This document shows, one piece after another, positions 11,501 to 19,173 of a stretch of DNA of 64,000 nucleotides (position 1 is its first letter; every line of letters begins with the position of its first letter). The DNA is from Thermodesulfobacteriota bacterium (GTDB taxonomy: Bacteria > Desulfobacterota > Desulfarculia > JACQYL01): contig CAXXLZ010000002.1 of assembly GCA_963675595.2 (NCBI GenBank), positions 4,608,001-4,672,000 of the forward strand. Direction: 5' to 3'. Position numbers and translations under genes: made by a program. The notes beneath the pieces are model-generated. The model saw nothing but the letters and a program-made list of their open reading frames with translations, searched no databases and was not told where the DNA came from.

Positions 11501-11760
11501 AAGCCGGGGGCGGCGTGGCGGAGGCACCATCGCACTCCTTCGGCGCCGGCGTCAAAAGGATATGTACGCGCCTCGGCGCGTTTCGGAGGTCTTCCTTTTT
11601 TGGTAACGGCTTGTCGCGGCTCCTCGACGGGGGTTTCCCCCCAGAGATACAATATCCCTCGAAGAACACCGGCGTGAAGCAGAATCATCCGTGCTTCCGA
11701 ATCGCCGAACGGGAGGCCCGCTTCGGTGGGGTCGGCATGGGAGTCCGTTGAAGTTTTCAA
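8563..11760 (-). CDS. SNF2/SWI2-family helicase (DUF3670-type bacterial SNF2)
   Basis: LRPYQ, LADDMGLGKT, DEAQNIKN, LTGTPVENN, LRRLK, LKQVCNHP, GGTGLNL, DRWWNPA.ENQATDRAFRIGQ. Confidence 0.93.
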   Translation of the reverse strand: MKTSTDSHADPTEAGLPFGDSEARMILLHAGVLRGILYLWGETPVEEPRQAVTKKGRPPKRAEARTYPFDAGAEGVRWCLRHAAPGFPFGSAQSHPLLLLAPTKGWDPVATSPLIAEPPKSRARLMQIPWKVEALRLEPTETVELLCTCMAKKVLAPGIVIGSDIQYWADVLKFAGEIVANRQVCAGMRVDSDSGPNSTSWEPALDEERSRKLTFLASQMPPPARSLSDPEAPPIAPTTALPALREFLNRMVDYLFRSGVADGRLPRRHNKRQKEFSSIHDAWLHLLRSAPRDGRNISDDDLRELVALVPSSRETSEHQSQSGFRLCLRLEEPSEPLDSFRSSPWFLRFLLQSVSDPSLLIPLSDLWDPATPRNRAFGNQFPILRKFALASLAQAAHLCPLITPAMEEREPKGCVMPFTSVYEFLSEKAQTLEECGFGIMVPSWWAGRGTRGRLALQAAVGGTKIQSKAELTLSTLVRFDWQVALGEEVLSRDELQAIAEMKQPLVRLRGQWVHLDPEEIHAVSEFLRTGSVKHRPLKDALFLALNAQDGVEGLEFKGIRASGWFEKLLSQLEDGSSYEILDPPARFVGTLRPYQVRGYSWLAFLRRWGLGACLADDMGLGKTIQALALLQGDWNRNGKRPVLLVCPTSLVNNWSKEAARFTPDLPVMVHHGTDRNRGENFRNEANRHAVVISSYGLLHRDIEFLRGVNWAGVILDEAQNIKNPETKQAGAARLLDADYRLALTGTPVENNVGDLWSIMEFLNPGLLGTQASFKRKFFLPIQSGQDALAGERLKKTVAPFILRRLKTDKTVISDLPDKMEMKVYCSLTREQASLYTAVLREAEEIIQGTRGIQRKGVVLATLSRLKQVCNHPAQFLRDNSPLAGRSGKLARLTEMIEEVLSVGEKALVFSQFAEMGELLRRHLQRSLGRETLFLHGAVPKKARDRMIERFQNEEEGPPVFILTLKAGGTGLNLTRANHVFHFDRWWNPATENQATDRAFRIGQQKNVLVHKFICAGTMEEKINEMIESKRELAERVVSAGEDWLTELSDEELKEVLALHPGAVGD

Positions 11761-11898
11761 ATTGGTTTTGAGAATAGGTCCTCCTCAGGGGAGTCTGTTT
11801 CGGTTCGACATACTAAGCGACCGGGAAGGTTAAACCTTAAAAGTACTCACGGAAACGGGCATGTGCAAGGTATTCTCGACGTTTTGCGGCGGGGGGCT

Positions 11899-11955
11899 TT
11901 TTCCTTGACAAGGAAAAGGCGATCTAATAACTATAATGTAGTTATATTATAGTCA
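11899..11955 (+). promoter_or_regulatory. sigma70-type promoter/operator region of SDR-had-oah-dch operon
   Basis: TTGACA at 11905-11910 inside the palindrome TTTTCCTTG-A-CAAGGAAAA (11899-11917); AT-rich inverted repeat ACTATAAT-N8-ATTATAGT (11930-11953); -10 spacing is not canonical. Confidence 0.6.
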
Positions 11956-11991
11956 TGTTGTAACTGCTTTTTCGCGGAAAGGACGGTCCCC

Positions 11992-12747
11992 ATGATGAGG
12001 CTTAAAGGAAAGACCGCCGTGGTCACGGGCGGCGGCCGAGGAATTGGTCGGGCCGTGGCCCTCGCCTATGCCCGGGAAGGGGCCCGTGTGCTCGTCAATT
12101 ACTCTTCCAGAGAAGACGCGGCGTTGGAAGTGCTTCGGCTTATTGAAGAGGCCGGCGGAGAAGCCCTGATCCATCGCGCCGACGTGTCCGACAAAAAAGA
12201 AGTGGAGCAGATGTTCTCCGCCGCGGAGGAGCGCTTCGGTTCGGTGGATGTCCTTGTGAACAATGCCGGATTGACCCGGCCCAACCTCTTGATGAAGATG
12301 TCCGAGGAGGAGTGGGATCGGGTGGTGGACGTTCATCTCAAAGGTGCGTTTCTCTGTACGCAGGCGGCGGCGGGTTTCATGAAGAAGCAGGGATCCGGCA
12401 AAGTAATCAATGTGACGTCCGTCGCCGGGATCGTGGGCACCGTCGGACAGGTGAACTATAGTGCGGCGAAAGGTGGAATCATTTCCTTCACCAAGAGCGT
12501 GGCTCGAGAACTGGCCCGATTCAACGTGTGCGCCAACGTGATCTCGTTGGGCATCGTGGCCACGGATATGACCGAAAAGATCCGAACGGATGAGAAACTC
12601 CGTGAAATTTATATGAATCGCATCCTGCTGAAGCGCTTTGCCGAACCCGATGATATTACTCCCGCCTTCGTCTTTCTTGCTTCAGCCGACGCCGACTACA
12701 TCACAGGCCAGTTGCTGTGTGTCGACGGCGGTTACGGGATGATATGA
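11992..12747 (+). CDS. FabG-like short-chain dehydrogenase/reductase (3-oxoacyl-CoA/ACP reductase family)
   Basis: TGGGRGIG, VNNAG, NYSAAK (YxxxK), YITGQLLCVDGG. Confidence 0.9.
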   Translation: MMRLKGKTAVVTGGGRGIGRAVALAYAREGARVLVNYSSREDAALEVLRLIEEAGGEALIHRADVSDKKEVEQMFSAAEERFGSVDVLVNNAGLTRPNLLMKMSEEEWDRVVDVHLKGAFLCTQAAAGFMKKQGSGKVINVTSVAGIVGTVGQVNYSAAKGGIISFTKSVARELARFNVCANVISLGIVATDMTEKIRTDEKLREIYMNRILLKRFAEPDDITPAFVFLASADADYITGQLLCVDGGYGMI

Positions 12748-12845
12748 CCTCCCTGTATGCAACGCCCTCGACTCCGGTCGGGAGCGGTTAAGATTCGGTG
12801 ATACCTTAAGAGAATCATTCCAATACAGCAATTGAGGAGGGTTTC

Positions 12846-13952
12846 ATGCCGGGTGTTCCCGAGAAGATTCAGACTTGGCGGATGGTAAGGCCTTACGGCA
12901 AAAACAAGGAAACAGGAGAAACGGTTCCCGGTGTTTTGGAAAAAGCGGAGATTCCCGTTCCGGAGTTGGGCTCGGATGATGTGCTCGTGGAGATCGCGGG
13001 CTGTGGCGTGTGTCATACCGATCTGGGATATTTCTATGACGGCGTTCCAACGGTGAATTCGCCGCCGCTGACTCTTGGACACGAAATCAGCGGCACGGTG
13101 GTGGCCGGGGACGATGCGTGGATCGGAAGGAACGTTATCATTCCGGCGGTCATGCCTTGCATGAAATGTGAGTTGTGCAAGGCGGGGAGGGGCAACCGGT
13201 GTCTGAATCAGAAAATGCCGGGCAATTCTCACGGCGCTTACGGGGGATTCTCTTCGCACATTCCGGTGCCGTCTCGCGGGCTGTGCGTCATCGAAGACCT
13301 TAAGGGTATTCCTTTGTCCCACTACGCGGTCATCGCGGACGCGGGCACCACCCCCTACCAGGCCGCCATGCGTGCGCAACTCGCGCAGGGCGATGTGGTT
13401 GTGGTTGTGGGCGCCGGAGGCGTGGGCATGAACATGATACAGATCGCCAAGGCTCTGGGCGCCGGACTGGTGATCGGATTCGAGGTCGATCAGCCGAAGA
13501 TCGAAAGAGCGCTGAAGTTCGGAGCGGACTTCATGATCGACGCAAAAGGCAAGGACATTAAATCCCTCAAAGACGAATTCAAAGCCCTATGCAAGTCACA
13601 GGGATTGCCGTCGAACTATGGGCTCAAGATTTTCGAGTGTACGGGTGCGAAGGTCGGACAGGAGATCGGACTCGCTCTTCTGACGTTCGTGAGCAAATTG
13701 ATTCTCATCGGGTACGGCATGCACACCATTGAGTTCATGTTCAGCCGTCTCATGGCCTTCGATGCGGAGATCATCGGCACATGGGCCTGTCTGCCGGAAT
13801 ACTATCCACGCATGCTTGAGCTGGTTCAGAGCGGCAAAGTCCAAATCGAGCCTTTCGTGGAGACTCGACCCATGAGCGAGATATCTCAGGTGTTCGAGGA
13901 TCAGCATGCCGGGAGATTCACTCGACGAATCGTTCTGGAACCGGATTTCTAA
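12846..13952 (+). CDS. had: 6-hydroxycyclohex-1-ene-1-carbonyl-CoA dehydrogenase (Had/BamQ)
   Basis: Zn-MDR: GCGVCHTDLGYFYDGV, LGHEISG, CMKCELC..GRGNRC, QKMPGN, SRLMAFDA; next to oah and dch. Confidence 0.9.
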   Translation: MPGVPEKIQTWRMVRPYGKNKETGETVPGVLEKAEIPVPELGSDDVLVEIAGCGVCHTDLGYFYDGVPTVNSPPLTLGHEISGTVVAGDDAWIGRNVIIPAVMPCMKCELCKAGRGNRCLNQKMPGNSHGAYGGFSSHIPVPSRGLCVIEDLKGIPLSHYAVIADAGTTPYQAAMRAQLAQGDVVVVVGAGGVGMNMIQIAKALGAGLVIGFEVDQPKIERALKFGADFMIDAKGKDIKSLKDEFKALCKSQGLPSNYGLKIFECTGAKVGQEIGLALLTFVSKLILIGYGMHTIEFMFSRLMAFDAEIIGTWACLPEYYPRMLELVQSGKVQIEPFVETRPMSEISQVFEDQHAGRFTRRIVLEPDF

Positions 13953-14097
13953 CGGCCCGGGGAGACCGCCTCCGAAGCGGACTCTTTTCGCGCCTCGGCC
14001 TCGTCGTTCGTGCGCCGACGTATATCCGTTTCGCGGCGATCCATCCATGACCCTGTTTTCCAACCGGCTGTTGAACAGTCGGTCCAAGGAGGAGAGA

Positions 14098-15234
14098 ATG
14101 AGTCTTGAATGGCTGGGAAAGGATCACGAACTCAAGGACCATGCTTTGTTCGGAACCGACCGGTGGGGGTCGGACGCGGACGCACCTTGCGTGGTTTACG
14201 AGAAGAAACCGATTCTGGACGCCGAAGGACATCCTGTGGAGGGCCTGTACAGCGCTTGGGTCAGGCTGAACAACCCCAAACAGTACAATTCCTACACCAC
14301 CGCGATGGTGAAAGGGGTCATCGCCGGGTTTCACGCGGGTTCGGCGGACCGCAGCGTGGTGGCCATGGTGTTCACCGGCACGGGGGACAAGGCTTTCTGC
14401 ACCGGGGGCAACACCAAGGAATACGCGGAATACTACAGCAAGCGCCCCAATGAATACGGGGAATACATGGACCTGTTCAACGGCATGGTGGACGCAATCC
14501 TCAACTGCAAGAAACCAACGATCTGCCGTGTCAACGGCATGAGGGTGGCCGGGGGACAGGAGATCGGTATGGCGTGCGATCTCACCGTGTCCTCGGATCT
14601 CGCGGTCTTCGGGCAGGCCGGACCAAGGCACGGGTCCGCGCCGGACGGCGGGTCCACGGACTTTCTTCCGTGGATGCTCAGCATCGAGGACGCCATGTGG
14701 AACTGCATCTCCTGCGAGCTTTGGTCGGCCTACAAGATGAAGATGAAAGGTTTGATCACCAAAGTGGTCCCCGTGCTGAAGAAAGAGGGTCGGTTCGTTC
14801 GCAATCCTCAAATCATTACGGATACCTATATTGATGACGGCGAAATCGTCTACGGTGACTTTCGTTCCGGGGATTCGCTCAAAAAGGCGAAGGAGCTGAT
14901 CAAGGAGTGCGAGGTGGACTTCGAGCTGTTGGACGGCGAGGTCGACCGGATTCTCTGGGCATTCACCAATCTGTTCCCCGGCTGTCTGATCAAATCCATC
15001 GACGGCATTCGAGCGAAGAAGAAAGTATTCTGGGATCAGGGCAAGTTGCCCAACCGTCACTGGCTTGCCGCCAACATGATGGGCGAGGCCTTTCTGGGAT
15101 TCAACGCTTTTAACACCAAGAAGATGACCGGTCGCGACACCATCGATTTTGTGAAATTTCGACGCAAGGTCGCTCAAGGAGACCTTTTCGACGACGCTTT
15201 TTTCGAAGAGGTTCTGGGCACACCTGAGAAGTAG
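14098..15234 (+). CDS. oah: 6-oxocyclohex-1-ene-1-carbonyl-CoA hydrolase (Oah/BamA)
   Basis: NPKQYNSYTT.MVK, FCTGGNTKEYAEYY, GQAGPRHGSAP.GGSTDFLP, WLAANM; start at ATG 14098 after AGGAG RBS. Confidence 0.95.
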   Translation: MSLEWLGKDHELKDHALFGTDRWGSDADAPCVVYEKKPILDAEGHPVEGLYSAWVRLNNPKQYNSYTTAMVKGVIAGFHAGSADRSVVAMVFTGTGDKAFCTGGNTKEYAEYYSKRPNEYGEYMDLFNGMVDAILNCKKPTICRVNGMRVAGGQEIGMACDLTVSSDLAVFGQAGPRHGSAPDGGSTDFLPWMLSIEDAMWNCISCELWSAYKMKMKGLITKVVPVLKKEGRFVRNPQIITDTYIDDGEIVYGDFRSGDSLKKAKELIKECEVDFELLDGEVDRILWAFTNLFPGCLIKSIDGIRAKKKVFWDQGKLPNRHWLAANMMGEAFLGFNAFNTKKMTGRDTIDFVKFRRKVAQGDLFDDAFFEEVLGTPEK

Positions 15235-15297
15235 CGAACGTGGCGGGCCGGCAACCTCGCCGTGGGTAAGTCTTTGAAAACGCCGAAATCATGTTTA

Positions 15298-15331
15298 TTG
15301 GACAGAACGCCGGAAGCGGCGTTCTGTCCAA
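15298..15331. repeat. perfect 15-bp inverted repeat between oah and dch
   Basis: TTGGACAGAACGCCG-GAAG-CGGCGTTCTGTCCAA, ending about 10 nt before the dch RBS. Confidence 0.85.
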
Positions 15332-15350
15332 ACTGTTTCGAGGAGAGACC

Positions 15351-16115
15351 ATGAGCCAAAAGCATATCAAGACGGAACTCAAGAGCGGGCTGGCGACGAT
15401 CACCTTGGATCGTCCGCCTCTGAATGTCCTCAACATCGAGATGATGGAGGAAATCAACGAGGTGCTGGACCGTTTGACGGCAAGTCGCCCCAAGCTGCTG
15501 GTGTTTCGCGCCGAAGGCAAAGCCTTTTCCGCAGGTGTGGACGTGGGAGAGCACGTCGGCGATCTTATGCCCAAGATGATTGATTCTTTTCACGGCATGT
15601 TTCGAAGGATGGATGCTTTGGGTGTTCCGAGCATAGCCGTTGTTCAAGGGGCCGCCTTGGGCGGAGGGTGTGAGTTGGCCGTGTATTGTGATTTGGTCAT
15701 CGCTTCGGCGGCCGCGAAATTCGGCCAACCCGAAATCAAGGTTGGTGTCTTTCCCCCCATTGCCGCCTTGATTTTTCCTCGAATTATGGGGCGAAAAAAG
15801 GCCATGGAACTGATACTCTCGGGAGACGTCGTTTCGGCCGGAGAAGCGGAGCGCCTTGGACTGGTCAACAAAGTGGTGGAGCCGGAATCGCTGTCTTCCG
15901 AGGCGGAAGCTTTTATTGCACGTTTTCTGGCCAACAGCGCCGTGGTGATGCGGCTGACGCGTAAGGCCGTTTTGAACGGACTCGATGAAGATGCCGCAGC
16001 GGCGCTGCAACGCATCGAGGACGTTTACATGGATGAGCTCATGAAGACTCACGACGCGGAAGAAGGTTTGGACGCTTTCATGAACAAACGACCACCGGAA
16101 TGGCGGGACCGCTGA
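15351..16115 (+). CDS. dch: cyclohexa-1,5-dienecarbonyl-CoA hydratase (Dch/BamR), crotonase family
   Basis: RPPLNVL, FSAGVDVGEH, ALGGGCEL, GQPEIKVGVFPP, YMDELM.THDA.EGL; operon context; start at ATG 15351 after GAGGAG. Confidence 0.88.
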   Translation: MSQKHIKTELKSGLATITLDRPPLNVLNIEMMEEINEVLDRLTASRPKLLVFRAEGKAFSAGVDVGEHVGDLMPKMIDSFHGMFRRMDALGVPSIAVVQGAALGGGCELAVYCDLVIASAAAKFGQPEIKVGVFPPIAALIFPRIMGRKKAMELILSGDVVSAGEAERLGLVNKVVEPESLSSEAEAFIARFLANSAVVMRLTRKAVLNGLDEDAAAALQRIEDVYMDELMKTHDAEEGLDAFMNKRPPEWRDR

Positions 16116-16238
16116 TACGGGGATCGAGTTCGACACGTTGAGTGGGACGGATGATTTCGGGGGTGGAAACGGGTTACCGACATGAGATTCCGTTCTCGTT
16201 GTGTCGGACCTCACCGAACGACACCAAGGGATGCAATC

Positions 16239-16279
16239 TCATTTTGCCATTCAGAGTCCGTCGGGCAATTGCAAAATGA
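16239..16279. promoter_or_regulatory. candidate enhancer (UAS) for a sigma54 activator
   Basis: TCATTTTGC (16239-16247) and its exact reverse complement GCAAAATGA (16271-16279), 80-120 bp upstream of a -24/-12 box. Confidence 0.55.
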
Positions 16280-16357
16280 AACCTTATCGAAGGTGTATTG
16301 CCGAATGTCCGTGCCGGAATTTCCCATGGGCTCGTCGGCAAGGGCGAGTGACGAGGC

Positions 16358-16372
16358 CGGCACGGAGCTTGC
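16358..16372 (+). promoter_or_regulatory. sigma54 (-24/-12) promoter
   Basis: CGGCACGGAGCTTGC = GG-N10-GC, one mismatch to TGGCACG-N4-TTGC; about 110 bp upstream of the NifX-family gene. Confidence 0.75.
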
Positions 16373-16480
16373 CTAGTTGTCATGGGATATCGGGCGGCCC
16401 GGCGCTTCCGTCGGTTCGGCCCGGCGAACAAATCGCATTCACCGCTTGAGCGGAGAAAACAATCAGGGAGTAATATCGAT

Positions 16481-16855
16481 ATGATCAGACTTGCCATACC
16501 TTCGGTTCATCCGGGCGGGCTTGACGCGAATCGGGCCGGCCATTTCGGGCATTGCGACGCTTTCACCATTCTGGAAGTGGATGGTACGGACATTCTCAAA
16601 GTGGAAATTCTCGCCAACCAGGAGCACTCCCAGGGTGGATGTATGGTCCCGGTGAATCTGCTCCGATCCAACAATGTGAACGCAATCATAGTGGGCGGGA
16701 TCGGTATGCGCCCCCTTATGGGATTCCGGCAGGTGGGAATCGATGTATACCATGAGGCGACGGAGCCCCGGATACGACCTGTTGTGGAGCAGTGGCTCGA
16801 AGGCCGTGTGCCTTTGATCTCCGAGGACCAGGTTTGCGGCGGTGCCGCGGGATAA
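16481..16855 (+). CDS. NifB/NifX (MTH1175-like) family protein, Cys/His-rich variant
   Basis: RLAIPS, HFGHCDAF, HSQGGC, IVGGIG.RP, C-terminal CGG; start at ATG 16481 after GGGAG. Confidence 0.85.
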   Translation: MIRLAIPSVHPGGLDANRAGHFGHCDAFTILEVDGTDILKVEILANQEHSQGGCMVPVNLLRSNNVNAIIVGGIGMRPLMGFRQVGIDVYHEATEPRIRPVVEQWLEGRVPLISEDQVCGGAAG

Positions 16856-16963
16856 GGCCGGTAAGTGTCAGGATCGAACGAAACTCGTGTTTCCGCGGCG
16901 AGTCCATGTGTATGGCTTCTGTGATCGCGGAGCGCGGGTGGAAGAACAGGGTAAGCGGATATT

Positions 16964-17401
16964 ATGAAAGACGCAGGTGTATTGGGTGCGGATGTGGTGG
17001 AAACCCTTTCGAGGACGGGATATTCCGACAAAGCGATTGAGCTTCTCAGGGACCGGCCCGGCATGGGAACCCTGGAGAACGCGGACCAGGTCACGGAAAT
17101 CGTGGGACCCTGCGGCGATACCATGACGATCTATCTGGCCGTGGATGACGAATGGATCCGGGACGCCCGGATTCAGGTACTCGGTTGCCCCGGTGCCGTG
17201 GCCTCAGGCTGTGCCGTGGTTTCCCTGGCCAGGGGAAAGTCGTTGGAGCAGGCTCGGAACCTCACTTTGGACGACCTCTACGCCGAAGTTCAGAAGCTGC
17301 CGGACAAAAAGGTGCATTGTGCTCGACTGGCCTTGAAGACCCTCCACAAGGCGGTCGAGGAGTACCGGAACAGCCAAGATGAGAAAGGGCGTGAGGAATG
17401 A
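16964..17401 (+). CDS. NifU/IscU-like Fe-S scaffold domain protein
   Basis: YS.KAIEL...P..G.L, GPCGD, GCPGA.AS, LP..KVHCARL (three conserved Cys). Confidence 0.88.
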   Translation: MKDAGVLGADVVETLSRTGYSDKAIELLRDRPGMGTLENADQVTEIVGPCGDTMTIYLAVDDEWIRDARIQVLGCPGAVASGCAVVSLARGKSLEQARNLTLDDLYAEVQKLPDKKVHCARLALKTLHKAVEEYRNSQDEKGREE

Positions 17402-17757
17402 AAATCGCAGTTTCCGCAAAAGGTACGGATTCCGCTTCGCAGGTGGATCCTCGGTTCGGGAGAGCCGCCTACATTCTCGTAGTGGATAGCGAGACCGGTG
17501 AAGTGGAAGTGATAAACAATTCCGAGAACGCGGGAGCCCTTAAGGGGGCCGGCATCCAGGCTGCGGCCCGAGTGGCGGAGAAGGAAGTCAAGGCCCTGTT
17601 GACCGGCCATTGTGGGCCCAATGCCTTTGAGGTTTTGCACAAGGCGGGAGTTCAGGTGGCGAATAACGCCTCCGGTACGGTGAAACAGGCTGTGGAAGAT
17701 TTTTTGAACGGCAAACTCCCCATTGCGGAAAAAGCCGATGTGGAAGGTCACTGGTGA
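17398..17757 (+). CDS. NifB/NifX family protein, orange-protein (ORP)-like
   Basis: KIAVSA, VDPRFGRA, GAGIQAA, LLTGHCGPNAF; 4-nt overlap with upstream gene. Confidence 0.88.
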   Translation: MKIAVSAKGTDSASQVDPRFGRAAYILVVDSETGEVEVINNSENAGALKGAGIQAAARVAEKEVKALLTGHCGPNAFEVLHKAGVQVANNASGTVKQAVEDFLNGKLPIAEKADVEGHW

Positions 17758-18194
17758 TTGGCAAGAGAGCGGATCAAGAAGAAGCCGGCGCGGGTGTCGG
17801 GGAGGGGATCCAGGTTCTTTTCGTGGAGCCCGATCCTAACGTAAGGGCATGGATGATTCCGGAGTTGGAGTCGCGAGGTTACCTGCTCAAGGTTGCTGAG
17901 AACGGTCCCGAGGCTTTGAGGCTGCTGGAACGGGACACGTTCCATTTGGTTTTTGTTGACGAAAACTTGGAGGGATCACCGGGAAGAGACTTGGTGGTTC
18001 ATATCGTTAGGACGGCTCCCTTCACCTCATGTGCATTCATCTCCGACTTGGACGACTCCACGATCCACGAAGTGATGGAGAGTCTGGGCATTATCGGCCA
18101 CGTGGGAAGAGAAAGGGATGAGCAGACCCTGCTCAGGCTTCTGGACCATTTCGAAAAGGTGTATCAAACAACGATCAGCGCCTCCTCGAATTGA
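17754..18194 (+). CDS. stand-alone receiver-domain protein (atypical)
   Basis: AENGPEAL, VFVDENL (phospho-Asp position), G.DL; conserved Lys-Pro apparently replaced by GR. Confidence 0.7.
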   Translation: MIGKRADQEEAGAGVGEGIQVLFVEPDPNVRAWMIPELESRGYLLKVAENGPEALRLLERDTFHLVFVDENLEGSPGRDLVVHIVRTAPFTSCAFISDLDDSTIHEVMESLGIIGHVGRERDEQTLLRLLDHFEKVYQTTISASSN

Positions 18195-18332
18195 TGGAGC
18201 TTACTCTGCCGATCGGCATGATCGACCATCCGGTCGGCAAAGGCGCTTTATAGGTTATTTCCGATGACCTGGAGAGATGAACGGATAAATATTTCCCCCC
18301 GGGTTGCGATGCGGTTATCCGTGGAGTTTGGT

Positions 18333-18842
18333 TCAGCGCCTTCCGAATCCGATCCGTTTCATCTCTTTTTCGGAATCCTTCCACCACTCGTTCAGTCGAT
18401 CAATGAACTCCTGCGGAGCCGGTCGCTCTCCATGCAGTATCTTGCGTAATTCGTGAACGCTGTCGGCTCCCATAATTCCGGGAAGCTCGTTGATGGACAC
18501 GCCTATGTAGTTCCCCCGCGAGAAAATTTCTCTGAAAAGCGATCGATCATGAATAAACTCACCTCCGGCCAGTCTCAGCAGAGGAGCGGGCTCCACGTTT
18601 TCCGCGGTGGGCGCGGCTTCCGTCTCCGCCCCGGGGCCGGGGTTAGGCGTCCCATCCTGCATGAGATTTGACGTTTCCTCTTCACGTTCCCATTTCAGAA
18701 TTCTCTCGAAGTCCGCCGTAGGCACCAGCACAGCCGCGTCTTTCCCCCTGCGGTGAATGACCACTCGTTGACCCGCGTAGGCGACTCGATTCAGAATATC
18801 CGCTAGGTTTTCCCTAAGTTTTCCAGCACTCATGCGTTCCAT
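18333..18842 (-). CDS. Phd/YefM antitoxin-like domain fused to C-terminal HTH-like domain
   Basis: N-terminus MSAGKLRENLADILNRVAYAGQRVVIHRRGKDAAVLVP is Phd-like; start at ATG 18842 after GGAGG. Confidence 0.75.
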   Translation of the reverse strand: MERMSAGKLRENLADILNRVAYAGQRVVIHRRGKDAAVLVPTADFERILKWEREEETSNLMQDGTPNPGPGAETEAAPTAENVEPAPLLRLAGGEFIHDRSLFREIFSRGNYIGVSINELPGIMGADSVHELRKILHGERPAPQEFIDRLNEWWKDSEKEMKRIGFGRR

Positions 18843-19173
18843 GAATCCCGCCTCCTTTCTTTCATGAAGTACCATAGTGCCGAGAAGCGCACTGTCAAGG
18901 GGATTCAGAACGAGAAGAGGAATTTAGGACGAATATCTTCCAGGGGCGGCGTAACAATATCCAGAGAAAGGGCTAAGACGAAATTTGAAAAATATATAAG
19001 ATATTTGGTATTCTTATTTAACTGTTTGATTTTTCCAGCGGTTTGAATTGAACTTGAAGCAGCTTCGGGAAGACGGGCGGACTTTCCTGCCCGGGCGGAG
19101 GGCTCGGTTTTTCCTCTGAACCGAGAAAGATTGCGGGTGTTTAAAACGGGAAAACCGTAAAGGGATTCTCAAA

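Noticed and set aside
13918-15177. Long antisense ORFs (also 60009-61202, 58132-58941, 38911-39822, 36196-37239, 30852-31817, 52601-53527)
   Set aside because: Shadow frames opposite well-supported genes, expected with GC-rich codon usage; no motifs.
16481-17757. NifX/NifU-like genes as evidence for nitrogen fixation
   Set aside because: No nifHDK/ENB nearby; these families are widespread in non-diazotrophic anaerobes.
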